DNA from: Bacteroidaceae bacterium | GTDB lineage: Bacteria > Bacillota_I > Bacilli_A > RF39 > UBA660 | Direction: 5' to 3' | Assembly: GCA_963616135.1 (NCBI GenBank) | Contig: CAVEJT010000001.1 | Span: 76,844 to 140,843 of the forward strand | Length of the DNA stretch: 64,000 nt | Shown: positions 25,572 through 36,599 of the stretch, one piece after another | How positions within the stretch are numbered: position 1 is the first letter of the stretch | How the letters are laid out: each line of letters opens with the position of its first letter | Position numbers and translations under genes: made by a program | The notes under the pieces: model-generated | Database searches by the model: none | What the model was told of the DNA's origin: nothing | What the model saw: the letters and a program-made list of their open reading frames with translations, nothing else

Positions 25572-28500
25572 GTGAAGAAAAAAATTGGTAGGAAGTTAAA
25601 AAAAGTTTTAAATGTAGTAATGGTAGTAGGAATTTTAATTTCTTCATTTCCAATTACACCATTCATTCCTAAAGTAAATGCTTTAGCACGTGTATCTGGA
25701 GATAAGATAATAGAAACAGCTATGTCTTATAGCGACTGGGGATATTTGGAAGTTGGTACATGCACTGGTTTAGTCACTCGTACATTGAATAAACTAGGTA
25801 TTGGTCAATCAATTGTAGGTATCCATCCATACGATATTGATAAACCTCAACCTGAAGGTACTGGAGCAAGATATGCACCTGATAAGATGTATCAAAATGC
25901 TATAAATCATCCAGAAGATGCTGTGCATATTTGGTCTGGTTATGTGAAAGATGTAAAAGCAAATGCTCATTTATTTAAGAATGGGGATTTAGTTATTCAA
26001 AGACCAGAAGATAAAGCAAATTATACAGGCAGTGGACACGTAGGATTAATTCATATATATAATAATACTATTTCAATGTATGGTGCTAATGGAGAAAGAA
26101 ATGGTGTTGGTGATGCCATATTAGCACGTGATATTATGACTAGAGGCACTAGTATTATTATTAACTCTCTTGATTACATTCATGTATTTAGATTAACTAA
26201 AGCAGAACCAGAGTATGCAACTACTACTTCAGAAAAATCAGCACAAGAAGTTGTGGACGTGTCATTTTATAAAACTGATCATGAATCTGGAAAACCATTA
26301 TCAGGAGTAGAAGTAGAGTTTTATAGAGATGATGTTAAATTTGCAACAGGAATAACAGATGAGAATGGATACGCACTATCAACTTCAACAACAACTTATA
26401 CTGCTACTTCATCACCTAAAACTTATGTCACTAATTGGGACTATTTAGGCGAAGAGGAACAAGCAGAAGTTGATAAAAGAGGTGCTTATCATAATCTAGT
26501 AGATGCTCAAGCAGCTGCTGATTCTGAAGCATTAAAAAGTGCAACGGATAAAGCTTCTCAAACTCATAAATATAGTGTAGTTGAAGTAAAAACTAAAACT
26601 AAATATTGGCTAAATCCAGATAATACTACTGATAGCAATTCAGCAACAGGTAGTGGAAGTATTAGTTTATCTTTATCAAATGAAAGGGTAAAAGGAACGG
26701 CTACATTAATTAAAGAAGATGCAGATGTAGGTTATGCACAGAATGAAGCAGAAATTGATGGAGCATTATATGGATTATATGCTAACGAAAATATATTAGA
26801 TCCTGCTGATGGTTCTATAATATATAATAAAGATGATGAAATAACTAGAGTTCGCATAGAAAACGGACAAGTACAAGTAGAAGATTTATATCTAGGTAGC
26901 TACTACTGGCTTGAATTGACTAGTTCAACTGGATATAAATTAAATAAAAACAAAGAAGTTTTTACTTTAAGTTATTCCTCACAAAATGTGAAGATAGTGA
27001 CTTCTAAATCAGTATCAAAAGAAGAAGTAATTACTGGAGATTTTGAAATAGAAAAAATTATAACTTCTGGTGAAGAATCAGAAATAGTGAAAAAAGAAGA
27101 GGGAGCAGAATTTATTGCTGTTGCTAAAAAGTATGTTGATAAATATGGAGATATTGAAACTGCTTGGGAGCATAGAAATGAATTTACTGATAAAGAATAT
27201 GATAAATTAGTGACAAATAAAAATGGTTATGATAAGTCAAAACAATTAGCTTATGGAACTTATGTTGTAAAACAAATAAAAGGACAAATGGATACAGAAT
27301 TAGTAGAAAATACATTTACTTTTACTGTATCAAAGGAAAATCAAGATACAATTAAATATATTGTTAATAATCGTTTATTTACATCTTATGTTAAACTTGT
27401 AAAAGTGGATGCAGAAACAGGAAAATTAATTACAGCATCAAATACATCATTTAAAATCAAAAATGCTGATACTGGAGAATATTTAACACAAAAAGTTGCT
27501 GATACCACTTATGATACTTGGACAACATCAGATAAAGGAATGATACAATTGCCATTAGAAGTTAAAGCAGGGAATTGGATTTTAGAAGAAGTTGTAAGTC
27601 CAGATAACTACTTAATTAATAAAGATGGTGTAAGTTTCAAAGTGACTAATACAAATATTATTGAAACTGATTCTGATGGTGATCCATTATTAACAGTAGT
27701 GATGGAAGATAAAGCAGTAAAAGGTCAAATAAAATTTAAGAAATATGGTGAAGTATTAACTGGTATTGAAAAAGATGATAATGGTAATATCAAATTTGTA
27801 TATGAAGAAAGACCATTAGAAGGAATGGTTGTTTATGTTCAAGCAGATGAAGACATTTTAGATCCAGCAGATAATTCAGTTATTTATAAAAAAGGTGAAT
27901 TAGTTGATGTTATTACAACTTCATCATCAGGTGAAGCATTATCAAAATTATTACCACTAGGAAAGTATGTAGCATTTGAACATCAAAGTCCAAATGGTAT
28001 GTTGATTGATACAACACAATATAAAGTATCATTAGATTTTGCTGACAACGAAACTGAGGTTGTTATGGAAACTATATCTATAACTAATGAACGTCAAAAA
28101 GTAGAAGCTAATTTAACTAAATTAGATTCAGATACTAATACAGCACTAGAAGGTGTTGTTTTTAATTTGACTGCAATTAAAGATATTTACTCTTATGATG
28201 GTAAATTATTGGTAAAAGCAGGTACTTTGATTGAGCAAGGAATAACTGGATCAGATGGTGGTTATATATTTAAAGCAGATTTACCAATTTCTTTAGATGA
28301 TGAAACTTATTTTTCAATTACTGAAGAAAAACAATTAGAAGGATATTATAAAAATGATGATGCTATTTCTGTTGATACTAAATATAAAGGTCAAAATATA
28401 GAAAAAGTTTCTAATAGTCAGACAGTTTATAATAAAATAATTAAAAACTATATTTTAATTAACAAAGTAGATTCTAGTACATTAGAAAATATAGTTAGTA

Positions 28501-28898
28501 AAGACTTTAAATTTAAGGTATGTGCTGATATAGAATGTTCTAAAGTTATAGGAGAATATAGTGCAGATGTAGAAAAAGGAACGGCTTTAATTGATATAAA
28601 ATATGGAACAACTATTTTTATTAAGGAAAGTTCAGCACCTGAGGGATACCTATTAAGTCCAGAAGTTGTAAAAGTAAGTTTAAATAGTGAAGGACTTTTT
28701 GTTAATGATGAAAAGGTAGAAACTGATGAGGATCTAACTTATAGTATTGCTTATCAAAACACATTATTACCAGTTATACAAGAAGGTGTACAAACTGGTT
28801 ATGATAATAATATGCCTATTTATATAATAATAAGTGGAATATCTTTATCTGGTGTAATAGCAATAGCACTTTCATTACGCAAAAAGAAAAGAAAATAA
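25572..28898 (+). CDS. Cell-surface protein: signal peptide, NlpC/P60-family hydrolase domain, multiple Cna-B/prealbumin-like domains, C-terminal sorting-signal-like motif + TM + KKKRK tail
   Basis: TCTGLVTRTL ... GDLVIQ ... GHVGLIHIY (NlpC/P60 Cys/His); repeated ~90-aa beta-sandwich-like units; C-terminus VQTGYDNNMPIYIIISGISLSGVIAIALSLRKKKRK. Confidence 0.65.
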   Translation: MKKKIGRKLKKVLNVVMVVGILISSFPITPFIPKVNALARVSGDKIIETAMSYSDWGYLEVGTCTGLVTRTLNKLGIGQSIVGIHPYDIDKPQPEGTGARYAPDKMYQNAINHPEDAVHIWSGYVKDVKANAHLFKNGDLVIQRPEDKANYTGSGHVGLIHIYNNTISMYGANGERNGVGDAILARDIMTRGTSIIINSLDYIHVFRLTKAEPEYATTTSEKSAQEVVDVSFYKTDHESGKPLSGVEVEFYRDDVKFATGITDENGYALSTSTTTYTATSSPKTYVTNWDYLGEEEQAEVDKRGAYHNLVDAQAAADSEALKSATDKASQTHKYSVVEVKTKTKYWLNPDNTTDSNSATGSGSISLSLSNERVKGTATLIKEDADVGYAQNEAEIDGALYGLYANENILDPADGSIIYNKDDEITRVRIENGQVQVEDLYLGSYYWLELTSSTGYKLNKNKEVFTLSYSSQNVKIVTSKSVSKEEVITGDFEIEKIITSGEESEIVKKEEGAEFIAVAKKYVDKYGDIETAWEHRNEFTDKEYDKLVTNKNGYDKSKQLAYGTYVVKQIKGQMDTELVENTFTFTVSKENQDTIKYIVNNRLFTSYVKLVKVDAETGKLITASNTSFKIKNADTGEYLTQKVADTTYDTWTTSDKGMIQLPLEVKAGNWILEEVVSPDNYLINKDGVSFKVTNTNIIETDSDGDPLLTVVMEDKAVKGQIKFKKYGEVLTGIEKDDNGNIKFVYEERPLEGMVVYVQADEDILDPADNSVIYKKGELVDVITTSSSGEALSKLLPLGKYVAFEHQSPNGMLIDTTQYKVSLDFADNETEVVMETISITNERQKVEANLTKLDSDTNTALEGVVFNLTAIKDIYSYDGKLLVKAGTLIEQGITGSDGGYIFKADLPISLDDETYFSITEEKQLEGYYKNDDAISVDTKYKGQNIEKVSNSQTVYNKIIKNYILINKVDSSTLENIVSKDFKFKVCADIECSKVIGEYSADVEKGTALIDIKYGTTIFIKESSAPEGYLLSPEVVKVSLNSEGLFVNDEKVETDEDLTYSIAYQNTLLPVIQEGVQTGYDNNMPIYIIISGISLSGVIAIALSLRKKKRK

Positions 28899-28923
28899 TT
28901 CTATTTATTGAAGGGAGCAAACA

Positions 28924-31900
28924 ATGATAAAAAAATATATTGCTATTGAGCATGAAAACTCCAGATATTGTAAAGGTGTTCCTTATATATCAAAAAAAGA
29001 ATTTAAGAAAAATAAAAATAATTTAATTGTTGGAAAGACTAAGTTAAAAAAATATAAATCCAGTTCTGAAAATAAAGATCTGGATTTATTATTATTTAAC
29101 GACAAAGAATTTGAAATAAAAGAAAGATTATTTGGATTTAAAAAAGGATACGTTTTTGTAGGTGATGATAAATATATTGCATTGAAAAGACGTATCCCTT
29201 TTCTTTTTTTACTACTTCTTTTATTAATAGTTTTTATTATGTTTAGATTTTTGATACCTTGTAGTAATCAGGAAGATAAACCTATTGTAGTACCAGTTCA
29301 AAAAGAGGTAATTATTTCTGAAGACAATGAGGATAAAGAAACTATTAAAGAGGAGATTAAGGTTGAAAACCCAAATAAAGTTAAACCATCTTCAAAACAA
29401 GAATTATCAAAAGAATACAAAATTACATTTGATAGTAATGGTGGATATGGTAGCATGGAATCTATTATATGTAAATTAGACAACATTTGTATCTTAAACG
29501 AAAATAAATATACAAAAGAAGGATATAGTTTTCAAGGTTGGTCAACGAAAAATAATGGTGTAGCAGAATTTCAAGATAAAGCAGAATTAAAGAATTTGTC
29601 TTCTAAAAATGGTGATAATATAACTTTATATGCTGTATGGCAAATTAAATTTTATAAAATAACATTTTTGGATTATGATAAATCCATAATTCAACAAGAC
29701 AAGTTAGAATACAATAGTAAAATTATTTTACCTGAAAATCCAATTAGAAAAGGGTACACATTTAAAAATTGGGATAAAGAGTTATCCACAGTAAAAGAAA
29801 ATCTAACTATTAATGCTTTATATGATATTGATAGTTATGATATATCTTATAAATTAAATGGTGGAACGTTAGATGAAGCACCTACTAATTATAATATTGA
29901 AAGTGAAGATATAATAATTCCTTCACCTAAGAAGGTTGGTTATTCATTTATAGGTTGGACAACACCAGATAATAAAGAACCTATAATAGACTATAAAATA
30001 TCAACAGGTTCTGTTGATAATATAGAATTAGAAGCTAATTATGATGCTAATATATATAATTTAATATTCAATTCAAAAGATAATAATGACTCTTTAATAA
30101 AAAGAAAAATTAAATTTGATTCTGAATATGGAATATTACCAGAAGTAGAAAAGGATGGTTATACTTTCAATGGTTGGAAAAATTCGAATGGTGACTTCGT
30201 ATCAAGTGATACATTATATAATGTCCCTGAAGATACTAATTTATATGCTGAATGGAATTTAATAACCTATGATATTAAATATAATCTTAACGGTGGAATG
30301 ATAGATGAAGCACCTACTAACTATAATGTTGAAAGTGAAGATATAATAATCCCTTCACCTAAGAAGGTTGGTTATTCATTCATAGGTTGGACAACACCAG
30401 ATAATAAAGAACCTAAAATAGATTATAAAATATCAACAGGCTCTATTGGTGATAAAGAGTTAACTGCAAATTATGAACCAATAGCTTATTATATTTCTTA
30501 TAATTCATCTGAAGGTCAAGGTGAAATGGAAAAACAAGAATTTGCATATAATCAAACTTCTAAATTAAATAAGAATCAATTTACAAAAGAAGGATATACA
30601 TTTATAGGATGGTCAACATCAATAGATGGAGATGTAATGTTTAATGATGAATCAGAAATATCCAATTTATCATCTAAAGACAAAGATGTGATTACTTTAT
30701 ATGCTAAATGGAAAATTATAAAGTTAAATGTAAAATATTATGATCTGTTTGGAGCATTATTAAAGAGTGAAACAGTTGAATATGGAAATAAATCTGTTGC
30801 ACCTGAAGATATGTTTATTGATGGTTATACTTTTGAGGGTTGGAATCCATCTCTTGGGGTAATAAGAGAGGATACCATATATAAAGCACAATATACCATT
30901 AATGAATATACAATTAAGTATAATTTTAATACTGGTAATAATGATGATGCTCAAGAAATTAAATATAATGTAGAATCTGATATGATTACATTACCAACAC
31001 CTACAAGAACTGGGTACACATTTTTAGGGTGGACTGGAAGCAATGGATTAAAACCTCAATTAGAAGTGATAATTCATAAAGGTTCTATTGGCGATAAAAC
31101 CTATAAAGCAAATTGGGTATCCAATTCATACAAAGTAAGTTTAAATGCAAATGGTGGAGTAGTAAATGAAGATTATATTATGATTTCTTATAATAGTTTA
31201 TATGGAACTATACCGACACCTACAAGAGTTGGTTATACTTTTGAAGGTTGGTATTACAACGACACATTAATAACAGAAGATAGTATACAAGATAAGGAAT
31301 TCGATCACGAATTAGTAGCTAACTGGAAAACTATACAATATGATATAACTTATAATTTGGCTGGTGGGACAGCATCTCCATTACAAACAAGCTACAATAT
31401 TGAAAGTGATTCATTTGTACTTCCAGTACCTACAAGAACAGGATATACGTTTACAGGTTGGACTGGCACCGATTTAAGTTCATTATCTAAAAATGTGACT
31501 ATAAATAAAGGAACAATTGGAAATAGAAGTTATACAGCAAATTGGACTATTAATTATTATACAGTTAATTATTATGTAAATGGTTCTTTATGGGCTACTC
31601 GTTCAGTTGCATATAATACAGCACTTGAAAATTTAGATGCTCAAAGTGCATTAGATATTTATCATAAATTTAATTACTGGGAAGGTTGGGTAGATAAAAT
31701 GCCAACAAATACAGTTAATTTATATGCTAACATTACAGAATCTTATTGTATGCTAATGACTGGACATGGACCTTATAAAAATGCTGAAGGATTGCTAAAT
31801 GTCTTTAAATCAGCAGGTTGGACAGGAAGAATTGAGGAAGCACCATCTGCTCCTGGATTTTACTGGGTAGTCACAGATTACACTTTAACAAGGGCACAAG

Positions 31901-32055
31901 CTGATATTCAGAGAGATTATATAGCAAATCATACTAATTATACCAATTATAATTATCCATACTTATATTGGGTTGCTGTATCATGTACTAATGGTATAGG
32001 AGATACTTGGACTAGAAGTGTAGGAACTAAACAATTTACTAGTCAATATCAGTAA
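28924..32055 (+). CDS. Membrane-anchored surface protein with ~12 Listeria-Bacteroides (Flg_new) repeats
   Basis: Recurrent GY(S/T)F.GW motif every ~70-80 aa; N-terminal TM; two near-identical internal DNA repeats. Confidence 0.7.
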   Translation: MIKKYIAIEHENSRYCKGVPYISKKEFKKNKNNLIVGKTKLKKYKSSSENKDLDLLLFNDKEFEIKERLFGFKKGYVFVGDDKYIALKRRIPFLFLLLLLLIVFIMFRFLIPCSNQEDKPIVVPVQKEVIISEDNEDKETIKEEIKVENPNKVKPSSKQELSKEYKITFDSNGGYGSMESIICKLDNICILNENKYTKEGYSFQGWSTKNNGVAEFQDKAELKNLSSKNGDNITLYAVWQIKFYKITFLDYDKSIIQQDKLEYNSKIILPENPIRKGYTFKNWDKELSTVKENLTINALYDIDSYDISYKLNGGTLDEAPTNYNIESEDIIIPSPKKVGYSFIGWTTPDNKEPIIDYKISTGSVDNIELEANYDANIYNLIFNSKDNNDSLIKRKIKFDSEYGILPEVEKDGYTFNGWKNSNGDFVSSDTLYNVPEDTNLYAEWNLITYDIKYNLNGGMIDEAPTNYNVESEDIIIPSPKKVGYSFIGWTTPDNKEPKIDYKISTGSIGDKELTANYEPIAYYISYNSSEGQGEMEKQEFAYNQTSKLNKNQFTKEGYTFIGWSTSIDGDVMFNDESEISNLSSKDKDVITLYAKWKIIKLNVKYYDLFGALLKSETVEYGNKSVAPEDMFIDGYTFEGWNPSLGVIREDTIYKAQYTINEYTIKYNFNTGNNDDAQEIKYNVESDMITLPTPTRTGYTFLGWTGSNGLKPQLEVIIHKGSIGDKTYKANWVSNSYKVSLNANGGVVNEDYIMISYNSLYGTIPTPTRVGYTFEGWYYNDTLITEDSIQDKEFDHELVANWKTIQYDITYNLAGGTASPLQTSYNIESDSFVLPVPTRTGYTFTGWTGTDLSSLSKNVTINKGTIGNRSYTANWTINYYTVNYYVNGSLWATRSVAYNTALENLDAQSALDIYHKFNYWEGWVDKMPTNTVNLYANITESYCMLMTGHGPYKNAEGLLNVFKSAGWTGRIEEAPSAPGFYWVVTDYTLTRAQADIQRDYIANHTNYTNYNYPYLYWVAVSCTNGIGDTWTRSVGTKQFTSQYQ

Positions 32056-32078
32056 TAATAAGGAGGAACAACTGAAAT

Positions 32079-32210
32079 ATGGTAAATAAAATATTAATTT
32101 GTTTATTATTTTTATGTTTATTATTTCTTTTACTATTCCTATATTCATGTTGCGTTATTTCTGGAAGAATCTCAAGAGAGGAGGAAACTTTTGATGAATT
32201 TCAAAAATGA
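32079..32210 (+). CDS. Possible small hydrophobic peptide (43 aa, MVNKILICLLFLCLLFLLLFLYSCCVIS...) overlapping start of next gene
   Basis: Strong AGGAGG RBS 8 nt upstream of ATG 32079; not in ORF track (below size cut-off). Confidence 0.3.
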   Translation: MVNKILICLLFLCLLFLLLFLYSCCVISGRISREEETFDEFQK

Positions 32211-32616
32211 TTGGATAGAGAAAAATATTCTAAAAACATCTTCAAATAAAAATTACGAAGATTATCCAAATCAAATGAAAAAAGAGTTAGAAAAACAAGC
32301 AAATAAATTTGATTTTGAAATATTTTCATATCAAAAAGATCATTATTTGATGGCAGCAGTTTTAAAAGATAAAAATGAGGATAGATTTATATCTATAATG
32401 ATAAAGGATTTATCTTGTTTCAAAGAACGTACATATAAAGGTGTAGAACTTCGCTATATGAAAAATTCTAAAATGATAAGTAGAACTATTGTCACTCACA
32501 CTTCTTGGAATGAAATAGGCATAACAGCTAGAAGAATACTTGAATGTAGAAAAAACTTAGAGAAACGTAATGAGGAAGATATAAAACAAAAGGAATTAGA
32601 AGAATTTGAAAGATAA
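32191..32616 (+). CDS. Hypothetical protein (likely start ATG 32194 after GAGGAGG)
   Basis: ORF with strong RBS; no motif. Confidence 0.45.
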   Translation: MMNFKNDWIEKNILKTSSNKNYEDYPNQMKKELEKQANKFDFEIFSYQKDHYLMAAVLKDKNEDRFISIMIKDLSCFKERTYKGVELRYMKNSKMISRTIVTHTSWNEIGITARRILECRKNLEKRNEEDIKQKELEEFER

Positions 32617-32633
32617 TTTTTTTTAAAACTAAT

Positions 32634-32649
32634 GTTTACTTGTGTAAAC
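32634..32649. promoter_or_regulatory. Operator variant GTTTACTTGTGTAAAC (one mismatch)
   Basis: 15/16 match to dispersed operator; overlaps start of 32640 ORF. Confidence 0.45.
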
Positions 32650-33533
32650 AAAGAAAGGAATATCAAATGAAAAGCATAAGTTTAGAAAAAAACGGTAAAA
32701 AAATAAGAATATTAGGAAATCAAGCGACTATTGATAGAGCAACTCCTATTATTGATAGACTTAATTTAACAGGTATTGAATCAAAAGATAGATTATTAAT
32801 TCAAAATTGTATTGATGATAATAAGATAGGTGCAACTATTTTATATGATGGTAATACAGTTTATTCTTTCAACAAGATTGTGGATAAATATAAAAGGATT
32901 CAAAAAGACAATATGCTTTTGAATTTATCGGATGATTTATATAAATTCTTTCTAAATGCTTGTGGTGATATTGCTCATTGTGATAAATCTGGATATATTT
33001 ATTATTATGATAATGATTTTAGAAAATTAGAAAATACATTTTTAAAATATTGTAGATGCAATGATAGATTTTCAGATGTAAAAAGAATATTTAAAAAATT
33101 AAAAATAGGGCAATATTACGAAGATCGTGAAAGAATTGATCTTAATAAATTGAGTAAGAATGATGTAAAAAAAATTATTGAACAATGTAATTGGAATGTT
33201 TCAATTACAAATAAAAATGTCTGGGAATTGTCAATAAGAATAAATCCAAATTTCAAATTTTGTTTTGAAATAGATACAACTTATTTAAAAACAGGTGATA
33301 TAATTAAATGCTTGATGGAATATTGTATTAAATTTGATGTAGATGAATATATTGATATTCTTGTAAAGCAAAGAAATGGCAGTGGTTCTCCATCAGTTAG
33401 AACTATTGTCAATAATGCAGATATAATTTATTCAAAAATGCAACAGTTTGCTATGGATTTATTATATTATGGAAGACTTGCAGCACAGAATTTAATCGAG
33501 AAGGAACAGGAAGATATTGAAATAGAAAGGTAG
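32640..33533 (+). CDS. Hypothetical protein (297 aa; real start probably ATG 32667, MKSISLEK)
   Basis: ORF preceding primase; TTG start in ORF track lies inside operator, downstream ATG has GAAAGGAA RBS. Confidence 0.45.
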   Translation: MCKQRKEYQMKSISLEKNGKKIRILGNQATIDRATPIIDRLNLTGIESKDRLLIQNCIDDNKIGATILYDGNTVYSFNKIVDKYKRIQKDNMLLNLSDDLYKFFLNACGDIAHCDKSGYIYYYDNDFRKLENTFLKYCRCNDRFSDVKRIFKKLKIGQYYEDRERIDLNKLSKNDVKKIIEQCNWNVSITNKNVWELSIRINPNFKFCFEIDTTYLKTGDIIKCLMEYCIKFDVDEYIDILVKQRNGSGSPSVRTIVNNADIIYSKMQQFAMDLLYYGRLAAQNLIEKEQEDIEIER

Positions 33534-36500
33534 GTGACAAATATTAGTCTATATAGTGAAGTATTAAAACAAGCAAGTATTGTAGATGTATTGAACTATT
33601 ATGGATTAAATTTAAATCATAATAAATGTTTATGTCCTTTTCATAATGATAACAATCCTAGTTTGGTAGTTAATCCTAAAAAGAACATTGCAACATGTTT
33701 TGCATGTGGGACAGGTGGAAATGCTATTTCATTTGTTCAGAAGTATGAAAAAATTGTTAACAATAATGATATTTCTTTTAATGAGGCAATTACCAAAGTT
33801 GTATCAGAAATTTGTCATTTGAATATAGATGTATCTCATTTAAAAAAGAATAAATATAATAATAAGTATTTTGTATCTTCAAGAAGGTATACAGAAGATG
33901 AGCAAAAACTTTTACAACTAAATGAAAAACTAAATAAATTATTTTCTTATAATTTGAGCGTATCTAAAGAACCTAAAGATTATTTATATAAAAGAAATAT
34001 AACAGATAAGGATATGAAAGAAGTAAGTATGGGATTTGCTCCCAAAGGACAATTACTAAAAATTTCAGAAAAAAATGAAAATTATCCACGCCCTGAATTA
34101 ATAGAACTCGGATATTTACGACACAATGATTATGGTGATTTGTACGAAACTTTTTCGGATAGAATCATGATTCCTATTCATGACGAAAAAGGAAATATAG
34201 TCACCTTTTGTGGTCGTACTATTAAAGATGAAACACCTAAATATTTACACACACATGAAACAAAAATTTTTCAAAAGAAAGAATTGCTATATAATTTTTC
34301 TAATGCTAAACCATTAGCATATAATAATGAATTAATTTTAGTAGAAGGTTATATGGATGTTGTAGGTGCTAAAAAAATAGGGTTTGAGAATGTAGCAGCA
34401 TTAATGGGTACTGCAATTACTCCTGAGCATATAAAGTTGATTAAAAATAATCGTTCATCAATTACTTTGGCATTAGACAATGATTTTGATAAACAGGAAA
34501 ATATAGGTAGAGCAAAAATGCTTCAACACATTCCTGTATTATTAAATGAAGGTTTTAAGGTTGATGTAATAGACTTTTCTAAAATAGGTGACTATAAAGA
34601 CTTTGGTGTTTTAGGAGAAAAAGAAATACCGTTTATGGAAGTCCAGAAAGCTAAAACTTCTGGATTTTCATTTTTACTAGATTATAAATATTTTAATAAT
34701 TTAGAATTAAATGTTGAAAATATTTCTCTTGTATACAAACAATTAAAACAAGATAAAATAATTAATAACACTTATGATGAATCATTATTCAAAGAATATT
34801 TATTAAATCGAACTGAGTACAATAAAAAAGAATTAGATGAAATAATTTATCCAAAAAGAATAGAAGAAAAAGAAAGTGCTTTAAGTAAATTTAATTCAAA
34901 AGCTATGAGTAATTTTCTTTATTCTGAATTAAAATTGCAAATAGATAAAATGGATGATGTAGTATTGTCTTCATATTACTTAAATTTTAAAGGTTCAGTT
35001 GAAAATAAATTAGTGTCTATATTTAATAAAGATCCTGAATTATATTTAGATTATTCTACATCAACTTTGAATACTAAACTTTTATTGAATGAATTCTTAA
35101 AGGATAATAAAGAATATTCTGATTATGAAACTCTTAATCGTTTTAAATATAATTCTGTATTTGATAAAACCTATATTAAAAATTCAAAAGGAAGTGCAAT
35201 GATAAAATTAAAAGATAATCAAAAGCAAATGGTAATAGATCAATATGAGAATAGTTTATCTGATGAATCAAAATTGGCTTTAGAGGAAGTTGAAGAATTA
35301 TATATTATTAATAGTATTGATGACCTTGATGGTATTTTAAATTATGATAATAATACACTTAATATGATAAAAGATAATCTAAAAAACAGAATGTTTTTAA
35401 ATAAAGATAAAATGGAATTTTTTAAATATGGAAATCTTTTTCCTAGTATTAATAAAGAATTTATAGATGATAAGTTTAAAGGTTCAACTGGTAATTTTAA
35501 AACAATATTATTTTATAATAATTTAGATAATAAATTGAATATAGACAAAAGTAATGTTGTATCAGAAAAAGAGTTAAAAAAAACAGAAGAATCTAAATCA
35601 AAAGAAATGGATAAAACTAATGAAAGTATTATTAAAAGCGATTATGAATTTTCAATTAACAAAATGTTATTGGTAGACTCTAAGGAAACTGATACACATT
35701 ATTTTGTAAGAATACCATTTACAAGTGCTAAAGAATATTTTTATATACCTAAAGATGAATGTTTAAAATCGGATAATGGAGATACTATTTTTACAAAGTT
35801 AAAATATGGACAATCCCATTCAATATACAATGTTGATGGTGAGTATATTGGTACAAAAAGTTTTGAAGAGTTAAAAGAAAATTGGGAAGATAAAACTAAA
35901 AAAAACGTAAGAGTTTTAGACAAAAATGAAGATGTGCAATCAGTCCCAAAAGAAGAAGACATTTTATATGACAATAGTTATATTTCAAAATATAAAGAAC
36001 CTATATGTAAAATATATCATTCTAAAATATATTTAGAAACAGAAAAAGGATTTTATATTAAAACTGAAGATCCAAATATCCTACTATTTGCATTAAAGAA
36101 AATATGTAATTGGACAGATAATAAAAGTTATTTAATCATAGCACCACGTAAGGGTATATTTAATAGTGGTATGTCTAAATATAGATTAACAGGATATAAA
36201 AAAGATTATGAAGGGAAATTATCTTTTTCTGAAATCAGTAAATATGTTAAAGTATTTACACCTAGCAATTTGAAAAATAAGGAGATTTTAACTTTAGAGA
36301 TTCCAAAAGTAAAATGTAGTTTTAAATCTAATTTTATAAAAGTACCATTGGTTATAGATAATTTAGAAGGATATATAGAAGTTAATTTAGTAAAGAGTAA
36401 GATTGATAAAGAGAAAGTAGTATTAGAATTTTTAAAGGATGAACAAATTGGATTTCATAATATTAATGATGAATATATTAATCATTATACTAGTTCTAAA

Positions 36501-36599
36501 ATAATAGATAGTTATAATAAAATGATTAATAATAAAATAATTCAATTTCCTAATTCTAAAGAAGTTGTTTATGACGTACCAGAAAAGGAGGCAGCATAA
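33534..36599 (+). CDS. DNA primase (DnaG-type CHC2 zinc finger + TOPRIM) with long C-terminal extension
   Basis: CPFHNDNNPSLVV...CFACGTGGNAISF zinc-binding motif; LILVEGYMDVV TOPRIM acidic motif. Confidence 0.8.
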   Translation: MTNISLYSEVLKQASIVDVLNYYGLNLNHNKCLCPFHNDNNPSLVVNPKKNIATCFACGTGGNAISFVQKYEKIVNNNDISFNEAITKVVSEICHLNIDVSHLKKNKYNNKYFVSSRRYTEDEQKLLQLNEKLNKLFSYNLSVSKEPKDYLYKRNITDKDMKEVSMGFAPKGQLLKISEKNENYPRPELIELGYLRHNDYGDLYETFSDRIMIPIHDEKGNIVTFCGRTIKDETPKYLHTHETKIFQKKELLYNFSNAKPLAYNNELILVEGYMDVVGAKKIGFENVAALMGTAITPEHIKLIKNNRSSITLALDNDFDKQENIGRAKMLQHIPVLLNEGFKVDVIDFSKIGDYKDFGVLGEKEIPFMEVQKAKTSGFSFLLDYKYFNNLELNVENISLVYKQLKQDKIINNTYDESLFKEYLLNRTEYNKKELDEIIYPKRIEEKESALSKFNSKAMSNFLYSELKLQIDKMDDVVLSSYYLNFKGSVENKLVSIFNKDPELYLDYSTSTLNTKLLLNEFLKDNKEYSDYETLNRFKYNSVFDKTYIKNSKGSAMIKLKDNQKQMVIDQYENSLSDESKLALEEVEELYIINSIDDLDGILNYDNNTLNMIKDNLKNRMFLNKDKMEFFKYGNLFPSINKEFIDDKFKGSTGNFKTILFYNNLDNKLNIDKSNVVSEKELKKTEESKSKEMDKTNESIIKSDYEFSINKMLLVDSKETDTHYFVRIPFTSAKEYFYIPKDECLKSDNGDTIFTKLKYGQSHSIYNVDGEYIGTKSFEELKENWEDKTKKNVRVLDKNEDVQSVPKEEDILYDNSYISKYKEPICKIYHSKIYLETEKGFYIKTEDPNILLFALKKICNWTDNKSYLIIAPRKGIFNSGMSKYRLTGYKKDYEGKLSFSEISKYVKVFTPSNLKNKEILTLEIPKVKCSFKSNFIKVPLVIDNLEGYIEVNLVKSKIDKEKVVLEFLKDEQIGFHNINDEYINHYTSSKIIDSYNKMINNKIIQFPNSKEVVYDVPEKEAA

